From a virus, in the IMG/VR virus record IMGVR_UViG_3300042934_001067, positions 64,001 through 128,000 of that record: 64,000 bases of DNA. One strand, given 5' to 3'. The notes under the pieces were generated by a model. It was not told the origin of the DNA and searched no databases. It saw nothing but the letters and a program-made list of their open reading frames with translations. Made by a program: the position numbers and the translations under genes. This document shows, piece by piece, positions 44,902 through 55,114 of the stretch (positions are counted from its first letter, which is position 1; each line of letters begins with the position of its first letter).

Positions 44902-47100
44902 TCAGCGGCGATATCCGGTCCTTGTGCGGCCGAGTCCCTGTTCCCATCCGGGGCGGCCGGTGCGGGTGCGGGTGAACTGGCGCAGGGCGTCGAGGCGGCC
45001 CTGGAGGTCGTGGTCTGCGGAGGTCATTTCGGGGCTGTGGGGGCTGGATCCGTGCAGGCCGCCCTGCATGGCGCCCTGGGCGCTGGCGGCGTTGAGCTGT
45101 TCCTTGTAGCCGCTGATCCAGTCGCCGATGAGGGAGTAGGTTGTGATCATGATCGCGTCGGCGATGTCTTTGGTCTGGACCGGTCCGACGGTGGGGTGGT
45201 CGACGCGGTTGACGTTCGGTGGTTTCTGGAGGAACTTCAGCTCCAGCTCGCCGTCCTCGTAGGCAGGGGCGTGGACGAGGCCGAGGTTGATGGCGGCCTT
45301 GAAGGTCTCGGCGTACTTCCAGTTGATCGCGTTGGTTGCGGTGCGCTCGAAGATGGTGACGCGTTTGGCCATGCGGGCCCGGGCGACGCGCTTGGTGAGG
45401 GACTGGATGCTGGAGACCGAGTTGTACTGGTCGAAGGTGAATTCCTCGGGCTGGTAGACGCTGATGATCTCGTCCCAGATCCAGTTCTCGACTTCCTCGT
45501 AGTCGATGGTGTGATTGTCGAACGCGGCCGGGTCAAAGTGGTGGATCTTGTCGAAGACGGCGTGGGGGCGGCCGTCGTCGTCGGTCTCGGTGTGGCCGAC
45601 GGCGATGCCGAAGCGGCAGTTCACGGAGCTGGGGTCGGCGTGGCCCTTGTAGACGTAGGCGAGGATGCCGCGCTCGGTGGGGACGATGAGGGGGCTGCCG
45701 TAGCGCTCGGGGCGGGCGTACCAGGGGGAGAAGACGGCTTCGACCTTGGCGGGATCGAGGTAGGCGTCGAGGACGGTGGCCCACTGGGCGCGGCGTTCGA
45801 CCTTGAAGGTGTCAGGGTCGGCCTTCTCCAGTTTGCGCATTTCTTCGTCGTAGGTCTGGATGGCGCCCTTGAGGACGCGGAAGCCGGGAAGGGGGGTGTT
45901 CTCGTACTCGGCGTTGTCTCCCTGGAAGCCTTCAGGGAAGAGGGGCAGTTCGTGGGCGATCTGCCAGTCGAGGTAGATGTCCCAGCTGGGGAGCTGGATC
46001 ATCATGACGGCGGGGTAGGTGGGGGTGCCGTCGTCCTCGTACTGGGTGGCGCGCAGCCAGTTCTCGTAGAACTTGCCGCTCATCTCCCAGGGGGAGCTGG
46101 GTTCGACGATGAAGCCGTCGCGGCCGAACTGGTCGAGGGAGGGTGTGGAGGCGTCGTAGACCTCGCCTGCGGAGCGGTTGGCGCCCGCGTTGACGACGTG
46201 GGCCATCTCGTCGAAGCCGATGATGAAGGAGGCGGGGCCTCGTCCGGCCATGACGGTGGACTCCTTCGGGAGGATCTCGAAGGTGGCCATGTCCATGGCG
46301 GTCTTGATGCCCTTCTTGCGCATCTCCTCCATGCGGACGAAGTCGTGGGGGGCGTAGACGGAGAGCTTCTCGCCGAGCGAGCTGGCGATGTAGGGGGCGA
46401 AGCAGGGGGCGCCGGTGACGACGTTGACGAAGTCGCGCCAGAGGTTCTGCTTGGCCTGGTCGCGCTTGCCCGCGAAGATCAGGGCGGCGAGCTTCTTGTC
46501 ACGGTCGACGCCGTAATGCTCCTGGGGGTCGCCCTTGGCCATGTAGCACCACAGGACGTACGCCATGGCCAGGGCGCTGATGTGGCCCTTCCCAGCGCGG
46601 CGGCCCATGACCAGGAGGATCTCTTTGAACCAGCGGTAGCCGAGCGCCTTGCAGGCGCGCATGCGGCCGAGGATGTCCGGGGTGCCGGACAGGGGCATCT
46701 TGGGGGCGTCCTCGTTGCCTTCGAGCAGGACCTGCTGGGCCAGCTCGTCGAGGGCGTCGGTCATGATGTCGTCGACCTCGGCCGCCAGGGCCGCTTCTGG
46801 GTCTTCGGTCTCGGCGAGGGCGGCGGCGCGGGCGGCACGCTGCTCGTTGGCGCTCTTGGCGGTGCGGTATGCCTCGTCCCACTCGGCGACGACACGGTAG
46901 TCGTACTCGGTGAACAGGTCCTCGCGGAGAAAAAAGCATTTCAGAAGGGTTGCCTGCCGGGGGTACAGGTTGGGCCTGCTCAGGTACCTCGGTGAGACGA
47001 CGAAGGTGATCGGGTCGGGGACGTCGAGCCCCAGGTACAGGTGGTGAATCGCCAGGGGGTCGAATCCTGCCAGCGGCGATGTGTCTTCCGGCGTGCTCAT
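44902..47100 (-). CDS. Terminase large subunit
   Basis: MGRRAGKG Walker A, IIGFDEMAH Walker B, HADPS...FDQYNS...KDIADA nuclease. Confidence 0.85.
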   Translation of the reverse strand: MSTPEDTSPLAGFDPLAIHHLYLGLDVPDPITFVVSPRYLSRPNLYPRQATLLKCFFLREDLFTEYDYRVVAEWDEAYRTAKSANEQRAARAAALAETEDPEAALAAEVDDIMTDALDELAQQVLLEGNEDAPKMPLSGTPDILGRMRACKALGYRWFKEILLVMGRRAGKGHISALAMAYVLWCYMAKGDPQEHYGVDRDKKLAALIFAGKRDQAKQNLWRDFVNVVTGAPCFAPYIASSLGEKLSVYAPHDFVRMEEMRKKGIKTAMDMATFEILPKESTVMAGRGPASFIIGFDEMAHVVNAGANRSAGEVYDASTPSLDQFGRDGFIVEPSSPWEMSGKFYENWLRATQYEDDGTPTYPAVMMIQLPSWDIYLDWQIAHELPLFPEGFQGDNAEYENTPLPGFRVLKGAIQTYDEEMRKLEKADPDTFKVERRAQWATVLDAYLDPAKVEAVFSPWYARPERYGSPLIVPTERGILAYVYKGHADPSSVNCRFGIAVGHTETDDDGRPHAVFDKIHHFDPAAFDNHTIDYEEVENWIWDEIISVYQPEEFTFDQYNSVSSIQSLTKRVARARMAKRVTIFERTATNAINWKYAETFKAAINLGLVHAPAYEDGELELKFLQKPPNVNRVDHPTVGPVQTKDIADAIMITTYSLIGDWISGYKEQLNAASAQGAMQGGLHGSSPHSPEMTSADHDLQGRLDALRQFTRTRTGRPGWEQGLGRTRTGYRR

Positions 47101-47159
47101 GAAGGCGCCCTCCTCGCCTCTTGAGGCGGGGAGGGCGCGTGGGGACAGCGGTCCGACCG

Positions 47160-47441
47160 CTACTCCCCCTTCAGGTTTTCGATGCTTTTCTGGTGTCTAG
47201 GGCAGTCCTTGAGGTGCTCCAGGAGGACGGCGGTCCGCACGGCCGGGTAGGCGGTGCGGTACTCGCCGCCGCAGCACAGGGTCTTGCCGACCGTGCGGAC
47301 GCCGACGAAGTCGCTGGTGCCGGGGACTACGGCCTCCAGGCTCAGGCGGACCTTGTCGTTGCGCTCGCCGCAGGAGCTGCAGGCCTGCGGGATGACGGTG
47401 ACGGTGATGCTGTCGTCGTCCCAGTCGAGGAGCCGGTTCAT
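47160..47441 (-). CDS. Zn-binding hypothetical protein
   Basis: Coupled start; CxxC. Confidence 0.65.
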   Translation of the reverse strand: MNRLLDWDDDSITVTVIPQACSSCGERNDKVRLSLEAVVPGTSDFVGVRTVGKTLCCGGEYRTAYPAVRTAVLLEHLKDCPRHQKSIENLKGE

Positions 47442-47572
47442 CGGCCGCTCCTGTCGGGGTCGAGTTGCTCGTACCAGCGCCAGAGCTGGGCGGTGGAGTA
47501 CTCCCGGTGCCAGTCGGGATTTTCGAAGCCGATGGTGAGCTGGCGGACGAGGAAGGCGCGCAGGAAGCTCAT
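47438..47572 (-). CDS. 44-aa hypothetical protein (MSFLRAFLV...)
   Basis: TGATG and ATGA coupling at both ends. Confidence 0.55.
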   Translation of the reverse strand: MSFLRAFLVRQLTIGFENPDWHREYSTAQLWRWYEQLDPDRSGR

Positions 47573-48048
47573 CAGTGCGGGTGTCCTCCGCGCGTGGCCT
47601 CCCCGGATGCGATGACGCCCTGGGTGCCGATGTCCGCGACGTCGTGGGTCACCTCGAAGACCTTCTGGTCGTGGTCGAAGGCCTTCTTCTCCACGCGTCC
47701 GGCGATTTCGATCTTCGGGCTGAGCTTGCCTTCGATGATCCTGCCGGTGGCCGTGTCCATGACCGGCTTCCAGCTGACGGTGATGGCGAGTCCGAGCTGG
47801 TTGTGGACGCGCTCCTTCGCCTCGCGCTCGAAGACGTCGATGTCGAAGGCCTTGGCGCTGTACCGGTACAGCATGTCCTCGAAGATGGCCTCCAGCTGGA
47901 GGATCTCCGAGTCAAGGATGTCGCCCTGGGCGGTCTCCTGGCGCTTGTGGACTCCGCCGTACTCGCGGTCGAGGAAGTCGGGGCCCGGCGCGGCCGGGGA
48001 CTGTACGCCCGGCGGCAGGATCAGGCCGGAGGGGTGTTCGGTGGTCAT
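47572..48048 (-). CDS. Hypothetical protein (MTTEHPSGLILP...)
   Basis: SD GAGGAG. Confidence 0.75.
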   Translation of the reverse strand: MTTEHPSGLILPPGVQSPAAPGPDFLDREYGGVHKRQETAQGDILDSEILQLEAIFEDMLYRYSAKAFDIDVFEREAKERVHNQLGLAITVSWKPVMDTATGRIIEGKLSPKIEIAGRVEKKAFDHDQKVFEVTHDVADIGTQGVIASGEATRGGHPH

Positions 48049-48080
48049 GAGGCTCCTCTTGGCGGCAGGAGTGGGCGGGA

Positions 48081-48716
48081 TCAGGGGCGGGCGGAGGGGT
48101 GGTCGTCGTAGCCGCGCGGGCGCATGCGGACGGCGCCGGGCGCGAGCCGGTCGTCGTGGACGATCGGGTAGCCGAACAGCGCGTCGATCGGGGAGGCCAG
48201 GCGCTCCTCGGCGCCGTGCAGCTTCAGCTGGCTCTTGAGGAGGTCCACGGAGTCGGGGTGGACCGCGATCTCTTCGACCGGGTGCACGGTGGTGACGGTG
48301 ATGTCCGGCTCGGTTGCGGGCGGAGTGATGCCGGTGAGGGTGCGCCGGGTGGAGCAGGGCGAGTAGCTCCTGCAGGTGACGCACACGTTGATCTCGTTGG
48401 CACGGTGGAGGTGGAGGACCTCGCGGATGCGGGCCTGGGTCGCCTTGGTCTCCATCTCGACCTGCATGAGGTAGGTGGCGAGGTCGAGGGCCTCTTCGAG
48501 GGCGTCCCGGACGGCGTTGCGGCCGTTGAAGGTCTGCAGCGGGCGGCCGTAGCGCTGGACGCCGAGGTCGCGGCGTTCCTTGATCAGGTCGATCAGGGCG
48601 TCCTGGACGTTCTGCTGGCCCTCGGTGGGCAGGGGCTGGTCGCCGGGGCGCTGGCGGCGCTGCTTCTGCTGGTGGCGGTACTCGCCCAGGCTGCGCGGGG
48701 CAGGTGTGTCGGTCAT
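48081..48716 (-). CDS. All-alpha NTP pyrophosphatase-like phage protein
   Basis: ERRDLGVQRYG...DALEEALDLATYL. Confidence 0.6.
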   Translation of the reverse strand: MTDTPAPRSLGEYRHQQKQRRQRPGDQPLPTEGQQNVQDALIDLIKERRDLGVQRYGRPLQTFNGRNAVRDALEEALDLATYLMQVEMETKATQARIREVLHLHRANEINVCVTCRSYSPCSTRRTLTGITPPATEPDITVTTVHPVEEIAVHPDSVDLLKSQLKLHGAEERLASPIDALFGYPIVHDDRLAPGAVRMRPRGYDDHPSARP

Positions 48717-48727
48717 GGCGGGCCCCT

Positions 48728-49720
48728 TCAGGCGGCGGCGACGAGGGCGTGGCAGGAGGAGCAGCGTTCGGCTTCGTCTACGACGAGGGCTCCGGCGATG
48801 GACTGGAGCTTGGTGCGGACGGCGCGCTTGGTGGAGTCGTGGGCGAGCTTGGGGTTGTTGGCGGCGTTGCCGATCGCGAGGGCGAGGTCGAGCATGGTCG
48901 GCTCGTCGGTGCGGGAGAGGTCGACGGTGATGTCGGCGAGCGGCCGGACGGGCAGGCCGTGCTCGGCGGCGACGCGGTGCAGGCGGGTGATGCGGTCACC
49001 GCCGATGGAGGTGTTGGCCAGTCGGACCAGGTGCTGGGCGTCGGCGTGAAGGCGGGCGGCGGCGCGCAGGGCTTCGGCCGCGAGGCGTTCGGCGATCTTG
49101 TCGACGGAGATGCCGCGTGCGTCGATCTTCAGGGTGGGGTCGGGGATCTCGATGACCGTGGTGGTGTCCTCGTGGAAGAGGATGGGGCTGACGGTCGGCG
49201 CCAGGTTCTGCTTGCGGTTCTGGCCGAAGCGCAGGCCGCCCCGGATGCCGTCTTCGACGTCGTGGCCGAGGATGTCCAGGCGGAGGTCGTCGGCGGTGAC
49301 CCAGCACTCGGGGACGGTGGCGCTGGCGGGGAAGATCCGCTGGGCGATTCGGACGAACTCGTCGGCTTCGACGCGGGGCTTGGTGGGCTTGCGGACGTCG
49401 GTGATGCCGAGGTCGTTGTAGGTGATGGTGATCTCACCCTCGGCGTGGTCCATGCGGGCGTTCATCACGAAGTGCTGCTCGGCCGGGGTGATCCGGCGGA
49501 AGTACGCGGTGGGGATCTGGTAGAAGGCGCACAGCCGGGCGCTGGCCTGCTCGTCCAGGGTGATCTCGTGGTCGCCGAGGATCAGGACGGGCTCCTGCTG
49601 CGGGGCGCGGGCGTAGTCGGCGCTCGGGACGCAGGCGTCGGAGGTCCATTCGCGGTCGTGGTGCTTCCAGGCGACGGCGACGTCGGCGAGGGTGGTCCTG
49701 GGGAGTTCGCGCAGGTGCAT
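48728..49720 (-). CDS. DUF932-like phage protein
   Basis: ARLCAFYQIPTAYF motif, recalled family resemblance. Confidence 0.55.
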   Translation of the reverse strand: MHLRELPRTTLADVAVAWKHHDREWTSDACVPSADYARAPQQEPVLILGDHEITLDEQASARLCAFYQIPTAYFRRITPAEQHFVMNARMDHAEGEITITYNDLGITDVRKPTKPRVEADEFVRIAQRIFPASATVPECWVTADDLRLDILGHDVEDGIRGGLRFGQNRKQNLAPTVSPILFHEDTTTVIEIPDPTLKIDARGISVDKIAERLAAEALRAAARLHADAQHLVRLANTSIGGDRITRLHRVAAEHGLPVRPLADITVDLSRTDEPTMLDLALAIGNAANNPKLAHDSTKRAVRTKLQSIAGALVVDEAERCSSCHALVAAA

Positions 49721-49783
49721 GGCGGTGGTGTTCTCCTCTGGCGGTAAGGAGTGGTGGTGGTCCGGCTGGCGGTCCGGAGGAAT

Positions 49784-50431
49784 TTAAATGTTGTTCTGCT
49801 GTGCGTTCTTCGAGAGGGCGGCGAGAACGGGGCTGGCGTCGAGGGCTGCGGCGAAGTCTTTCCGTCGGTCGACGGGGATGAATCCGATGGCGATCCGCAT
49901 GTATTCCATGAGGGCGTCGCGCCAGACGTTGGCGTCCACTCCCCCGTTGACGGTGGTGTCGATTTTATGCTTGAGGTCGATGGCCTTCATCAGGGTCGCG
50001 GCGTCGACCTTGATGGTGCCCTTCTGGATGCCGTCGAAGCCCTGCAGTACAACCATATCCAGGGCGGAGAGGTGGTCGGCGACACGGCCGCCGTATTTTT
50101 CGATCTCGTCGCCGAGTTGTTCGGCCCGGCGGTCGAGGATGGCGGTCTGGGCGCGGACTTCGAGGGGCAGGTGGCGGTCGGTGTGGCCGCGCAGTGCCTT
50201 CTCGGAGGGGTGGCCCATGGGGCCTTCCTCCATGTCGGCGAGCCATTCGAGGATGGTCGGCCGGGTGTAGCCCTCGATGATCCAGGCGTCGATCTTGGCG
50301 CGGTGGGGGGACTGGCAGACGCGGCAGCGGGCGCCGGTCTTGGCGGGGACCGTGCGGTCTCCGATCTTGACCAGGACCATGCTGGCGGGGCCTGCGTCCG
50401 GGTCGGCGAGGGCGGGGAGGTTGTCGCTCAC
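49784..50431 (-). CDS. Possible terminase small subunit / HTH protein
   Basis: CRVCQSPHRAKID...H...H; position upstream of the large terminase. Confidence 0.5.
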   Translation of the reverse strand: MSDNLPALADPDAGPASMVLVKIGDRTVPAKTGARCRVCQSPHRAKIDAWIIEGYTRPTILEWLADMEEGPMGHPSEKALRGHTDRHLPLEVRAQTAILDRRAEQLGDEIEKYGGRVADHLSALDMVVLQGFDGIQKGTIKVDAATLMKAIDLKHKIDTTVNGGVDANVWRDALMEYMRIAIGFIPVDRRKDFAAALDASPVLAALSKNAQQNNI

Positions 50432-50721
50432 TCGTCGGCCTTCAGGGGGATGCGGTGCTGGGGCCGGGCGGCGCCCTCGGTGGCGTTGAGGTGCGGGTAC
50501 CGGCGGTTGATGCTGCGGTGGAAGCTGCCCTTGCGGACGGCGCCGTCGGGGGTGCCGCCGGGGACGAAGACCTCGCGCTTGAGCCGGTTCTGCAGCTTGT
50601 ACTGCGTGAGGATCAGCGACTTGGCCTCGGGGTCGGGCTGGTCCAGGAAGCTCTGGCGCAGGAGTGCGTCGGCCTGGGCCTCCAGCTCGGGGTCGACGCC
50701 GTGGCGTACGCGGTTGCTCAT
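50428..50721 (-). CDS. Hypothetical protein
   Basis: ATGA coupling. Confidence 0.7.
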   Translation of the reverse strand: MSNRVRHGVDPELEAQADALLRQSFLDQPDPEAKSLILTQYKLQNRLKREVFVPGGTPDGAVRKGSFHRSINRRYPHLNATEGAARPQHRIPLKADE

Positions 50722-51104
50722 GCGGCCACCGCCTCGTCCTCGCGGTCGCCGATGCCGGGGATCACACCGGTCTCGATGAGCTGGTTGAGGCGGACCAGGC
50801 CCTGGGTGGCGTAGGAGGCGACGGGGTTGTCCTCGGAGACGCCCATGATGCGGGCGACTTCCCGTTCGGGCTTGTTCTCGATGAGGAACAGCTGAATGGC
50901 TTCGCGCTGGCGCGGGGAAAGGAGGTGCTTTCCGTTGGCGCCGCGTCCGTTCACTGCGGTTTCGTAGAGGCGGACGATGTCGTGGATGCAGTACTCGGAC
51001 CGGTCCGGGCCAGTTATGGTGTCCTTGCCCTCGATTTCGTAGAGGGCGTTCCATGCCTGGAGGTTCCGGAACAGTTCCCGGAGCAGGCGTACGGGAATTG
51101 TCAC
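50718..51104 (-). CDS. Sigma-70 region-4-like HTH protein
   Basis: LSPRQREAIQLFLIENKPEREVARIMGVS. Confidence 0.75.
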   Translation of the reverse strand: MTIPVRLLRELFRNLQAWNALYEIEGKDTITGPDRSEYCIHDIVRLYETAVNGRGANGKHLLSPRQREAIQLFLIENKPEREVARIMGVSEDNPVASYATQGLVRLNQLIETGVIPGIGDREDEAVAA

Positions 51105-51249
51105 AGGCGGGTTCCTTTGCTGACGCGTGGCGGTCGCGCCTTACCTGGTGCTCATGTGGCGGCAGTGCACCTGGAATTTCTGTCAGCATAGGTGTGGTCC
51201 CGCCTGCAACTCCAACTTTTCGTCGCAGGAACTTCGGTGCGGGACAGGA

Positions 51250-51954
51250 TCAGGCGGTCAGCGAGTCCTTCAGGCGCTGCCCCAGCAGCTCCATGCCGGA
51301 CACCAGGTGGTCGGCGGCGCGGGAGACCTCGGCGAGGTAGATGGCCCAGTAGCGGTCCTGTGCGGAGTACTGGCGGCCTCGCTGGGTGCGTTCCTCGACC
51401 GTCATGCGGCCGGTGGGGGTGACGAATCCGGTGGCCATGGCCTCCTCCCAGCGCCCCTTGGCCAGCATGGAGGGCAGGCGGTGCGCCAGGTCGGCCTGGC
51501 GGCGCCACTCCAGCAGCCCCATGGTGATGCGGAGCAGGAAGTCGTCCTTCTCACGGCCGGTCAGCTTGGAGTAGTCCTCGGCGTAGGCGCCGGACGGCAG
51601 TCGCTTCCACAGCGGCCAGCCGAAGGCGTCGGTCGCGATCTCGCCGGTTTTCAGGTTGACGATCGGCTCGCGGGCGATGGCCCAGATGTCGTTGAGGATG
51701 AGGAAGATGCCGGGGAACTCGCGGTGGATGACGCCGTTGGCCTCGGCGACGATCCCGGCGATCTCGGCTTCGTCGCCTGGGCGCCACTCGCGGCGCATCC
51801 GGGAGAAGTTCGGGGTGTTGACGCGGGCCCGGTCCGGGGCGATGTCGGGGGCGAGTAGCTGGTCGGCCTCGCGGGAGACCTCGTCGATGACACGCTTGGC
51901 CTGCTCAGCCAGTCTGGTGTCGTCGATGAGGCCGCTGTCGTTGATGTCGCTCAT
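51250..51954 (-). CDS. Hypothetical protein
   Basis: SD GAGGA; codon bias. Confidence 0.75.
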   Translation of the reverse strand: MSDINDSGLIDDTRLAEQAKRVIDEVSREADQLLAPDIAPDRARVNTPNFSRMRREWRPGDEAEIAGIVAEANGVIHREFPGIFLILNDIWAIAREPIVNLKTGEIATDAFGWPLWKRLPSGAYAEDYSKLTGREKDDFLLRITMGLLEWRRQADLAHRLPSMLAKGRWEEAMATGFVTPTGRMTVEERTQRGRQYSAQDRYWAIYLAEVSRAADHLVSGMELLGQRLKDSLTA

Positions 51955-52087
51955 GCCTGTTCCTCGTCCGGCGGTGGGCAGTTCTCGTCGCAGTGGGGGT
52001 CCGGCTCGCCGTCCTCGGTCTCGGGATGGCGGCGGCGGCCGGAGAAGCAGTCCCAGCAGCAGTCCATGCCGTGGGCGTGCCGAGGGG

Positions 52088-52846
52088 TCACGCTGCGGCG
52101 GACAGCGGCATGACGGCGGCCTGGGCCTGTCGCTCCTTTTCGTCGAGGAGCCAGGCGAGGGCGAGCATGCAGGCGTCGCGGATGTGCTCGTTCCAGGGCA
52201 TGTTCTTGCCCTGGTCCTTGGGCGGGGTCAGGTAGGCCTCGACCATCTCCTTGACGTGGGCCTTCTTGACCGGGTTCTGCTTGGTTCCGGCGCGGCCGAT
52301 GAGGAGCTTCTTGGCGTGGCGGTTGTCGACCATGACGGCCCGGCCGCCGGTGGCCCGGTGGACCTCGCGTCCGGCGAGCAGGATGGACTCGACGCGCTGG
52401 CCGTGGACTGGCGGGCGCTCGTAGAGAACAGCGTCGGCCGAGGAGGCGTAGCCCCGGCGATGCTGCAGGACGCTGCCGTAGACGTACTCGGCGCGGGCGT
52501 AGTTGCCGTCGGTGGAGGGGATGTCCAGGACCTCGGCGGGCGGCCGGATCATCGCGGTGGACAGCAGGTGCAGGCCCAGCTCGTTGGACTTGAGCAGGAC
52601 GACGCCGGTGTTGGCCAGGGACTGGTCGAATGCCTGGACGGTGGCGTGGGCGAACTGGTCGAGCGTCGGCGGCTGGAACGGCTTGTGGCGGATCGCGGTG
52701 TCCAGGCCGGGGATGGAGGGCTGGGCGGTCTTCATGAGGGCTCCGTTGGCGGTCGGAGGGGCGGGGTCGACGAGGCGGTCGCCGACGTAGATGTCCCGAT
52801 TGGCGGTGTCGAGACCGACGTGTTCGAGCAGGCTGCGGATGGTCAT
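52088..52846 (-). CDS. RuvC-like Holliday junction resolvase
   Basis: AFDQSLANTG, VLYE, HIRDACMLA. Confidence 0.75.
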   Translation of the reverse strand: MTIRSLLEHVGLDTANRDIYVGDRLVDPAPPTANGALMKTAQPSIPGLDTAIRHKPFQPPTLDQFAHATVQAFDQSLANTGVVLLKSNELGLHLLSTAMIRPPAEVLDIPSTDGNYARAEYVYGSVLQHRRGYASSADAVLYERPPVHGQRVESILLAGREVHRATGGRAVMVDNRHAKKLLIGRAGTKQNPVKKAHVKEMVEAYLTPPKDQGKNMPWNEHIRDACMLALAWLLDEKERQAQAAVMPLSAAA

Positions 52847-52859
52847 CTGTCGCGCTTGC

Positions 52860-53354
52860 TCATGCGCTGGGGTCCTCCAGGACGGGCTGGGGGCGGCCGA
52901 CGAGGAAGACGCGGACGCCGTCGCAGTGGTAGGTGCGGGTGTCGTGGGTGAGGTCGTGCGGCATGTGCGGGCGGGGCATCGAACAGGTCATGTCGCCGTC
53001 GAGGGTCTCGGGGGTCGGCATGGCCTCGACCTCGGCCTCGTAGGCACGGCAGATGCCGTAGTTCCTGCCGCGCTGGCGGATGATCCACCAGCCCTTGGTG
53101 ACGCTGAGGCTGATCGTGCCTGCGGTGAGCAGGTCTTCCAGCTCGGGCAGGAGCATGGGGTAGAGGGTGCCGGTCCTCTCGTCGCGCCAGATGACGCGGC
53201 AGGAGGAGACGCTGCGCTTGACGTCGTGGATGCGGAGGGTGGCGGCGAAGGGGTTGTTGGGGCGCCACTCTTCGGCGTCGTCCTGGTAGCGGACGAATCC
53301 GAGGAGGTTTCCGGCGGAGCTGAAGGGGGCTGATGCGGGGGTGATGGCAGTCAC
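52860..53354 (-). CDS. Hypothetical protein
   Basis: GTGA coupling. Confidence 0.65.
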   Translation of the reverse strand: MTAITPASAPFSSAGNLLGFVRYQDDAEEWRPNNPFAATLRIHDVKRSVSSCRVIWRDERTGTLYPMLLPELEDLLTAGTISLSVTKGWWIIRQRGRNYGICRAYEAEVEAMPTPETLDGDMTCSMPRPHMPHDLTHDTRTYHCDGVRVFLVGRPQPVLEDPSA

Positions 53355-54199
53355 GCGGCGAAACCGATCTTGACGGAGCAGGTGCTGGCGGGGCACTTGC
53401 GGGCTGCTGCCTTGGCGGTGCAGCAGGCGACGGGTGGCGGAGTTCCCATCTCGACGTACTGTCTGACGGCGCGGTACTTCGCTTCCAGGCGGGCGATGTA
53501 GAGGTCGTCGCGCGGGATGGTGAACTCGACCATCTTCCATCCGTCGCTCATGGCGAGGAAGAGAATCAGGGCCTTCGTTTTCCCGGTGAGGGCCATGTAC
53601 TCCTGGGCCTGGCCGTAGTAGTAGGGCCACTTGAGCCTGAAGGCGTCCAGGTCGTTGCTTTCGATCCCGCGCAAGGCGGCGGGAGCGGAGGTCTTGAGGT
53701 CGAAGATCGCGGCGCCGGGCTCGCACCAGCCGGGGATGTCGAGGAGGCCGTCCATGTGACCGCGCCGTCCGAGGAGGTCGTCACGTACGCCCCACTCGTC
53801 GCACTTCCCCTTGCCCTTGCCGTGGGGCTTGCCACAGCAGACGCAGGTGCCCTTCGGCGGAACGAGGAGACCCATCTTGATCATGACGGTCTGGACGACC
53901 TCGTGCATGATCGTGCCGACCAGGACGGACATCCGGGGGCCGTAGTCCCACTCCGGCTCGATCCACTTCTCTGGGTGGGCGAGGTAGTAGTACAGCTTCC
54001 GCTCGTCCATCGTGGGATGGGTCGAGGGGTGGAACCAGCCGTCGGGCTCACGCTTGGCGGCGTAGGACTCCAGGCGGACCACGAAGTTCTTGGGGAACGC
54101 GCACTGCTGGACGGCGTTTTCAATCAGCGGTACGAGGACCAGCTTCTGGCTGTCGGCGACGACTCGCCGGAAGCTGGGGGTGAAGACGGGGGCGGCCAC
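53351..54199 (-). CDS. Cas4/RecB-like PD-(D/E)XK exonuclease
   Basis: FHPS, GTIMH, GHMDG, DLKT, QAQEYM, C-terminal Cys cluster. Confidence 0.8.
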   Translation of the reverse strand: MAAPVFTPSFRRVVADSQKLVLVPLIENAVQQCAFPKNFVVRLESYAAKREPDGWFHPSTHPTMDERKLYYYLAHPEKWIEPEWDYGPRMSVLVGTIMHEVVQTVMIKMGLLVPPKGTCVCCGKPHGKGKGKCDEWGVRDDLLGRRGHMDGLLDIPGWCEPGAAIFDLKTSAPAALRGIESNDLDAFRLKWPYYYGQAQEYMALTGKTKALILFLAMSDGWKMVEFTIPRDDLYIARLEAKYRAVRQYVEMGTPPPVACCTAKAAARKCPASTCSVKIGFAA

Positions 54200-54623
54200 C
54201 GGGGGCTCCCTTCTCTTGCTGCAGGTCGTCCGCCTTCTCGGGGTAGAGGGCGGCGACGCGGCTGGCCCGGACGAGGAACGAGGCGGCGGCGACATGGTGG
54301 CCGCCGTGGGCGTCGGGCAGGACGAGCTTGGCCATCTCCAGGGCCAGGTCCTCGACGGTCTTCTCCTTCGCCTCGGCCTTGTCGCTGCTCGCCCACGACA
54401 CCCAGTTCCAGGTGTAGAGGGCGAGCTTGATGACGGCGACGGCGAGGAAGCCCCACTGGAAGGTGGCGAGCGAGTAGACGATCCAGACGGCCTGGGTGAA
54501 CATCGCCCAGAGCCAGCCGACAGCCTTCTTCTTGCCGACGGCGCGCAGGGCGACGAGGCCGACGAGGTCGATGCCGCCGAGGATGTAGTTCCAGGCGTCG
54601 TCGAGGTTCACGTGCAGGTTCAC
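54120..54623 (-). CDS. Small PnuC-like membrane protein
   Basis: GKKKAVGWLW...WIVY...QWGF...WNWVSW. Confidence 0.6.
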   Translation of the reverse strand: MNLHVNLDDAWNYILGGIDLVGLVALRAVGKKKAVGWLWAMFTQAVWIVYSLATFQWGFLAVAVIKLALYTWNWVSWASSDKAEAKEKTVEDLALEMAKLVLPDAHGGHHVAAASFLVRASRVAALYPEKADDLQQEKGAPGGRPRLHPQLPASRRRQPEAGPRTAD

Positions 54624-54655
54624 AGGGGGCTCATTTCGCTGATGGGGTTGATGGG

Positions 54656-55114
54656 TTATGCGGCCTCGTGGAGCAGGCGTTGTGCGAGCTGCGCGATGAC
54701 GGGGATGCAGCGCGGGTTGGCATCGACGAGGGCTTCGAGGATGGGCTTGGCCTTGTGCCAGCGTTCGGCGTCCTCGCGCATCTCGGCGAAGTCGAGGAGG
54801 TCGCAGACGGCGAGGTCGGCGTGGACTTCGAGAGAGGCGTTGTTGTAGAAGCGCAGGGCCAGCATGGGGCGTTCGCCGCTGGCCTGCTCTCCTGCCTTCT
54901 CCCACATGGCGCGGGTGACGCTGATGGACTTGGCCAGGGTGGACTTGCCGTCGACAGCGAAGGCGAAAGTGCAGGCCGTGTGGTCGTGCTTGGCGTCCAT
55001 CTGATCGCGCCACTGGTTCCCGCTCCCCCGGGTACGACGCATGCCGAGTACCTCGGCCAGCCGCTCCTCATGGGTGTCACCCATGCGCTTGTTGAGGCCC
55101 TTGTCGGTGGTCAC
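54656..55114 (-). CDS. PD-(D/E)XK resolvase-like nuclease
   Basis: EERLA...GSGN...D...DGKST. Confidence 0.7.
   Translation of the reverse strand: MTTDKGLNKRMGDTHEERLAEVLGMRRTRGSGNQWRDQMDAKHDHTACTFAFAVDGKSTLAKSISVTRAMWEKAGEQASGERPMLALRFYNNASLEVHADLAVCDLLDFAEMREDAERWHKAKPILEALVDANPRCIPVIAQLAQRLLHEAA

Noticed and set aside
53351-54199. cas4 as part of a CRISPR-Cas system serving the array
   Set aside because: Solo nuclease within the recombination cluster, 18 kb away, no cas1/2/3/5/6/7 seen
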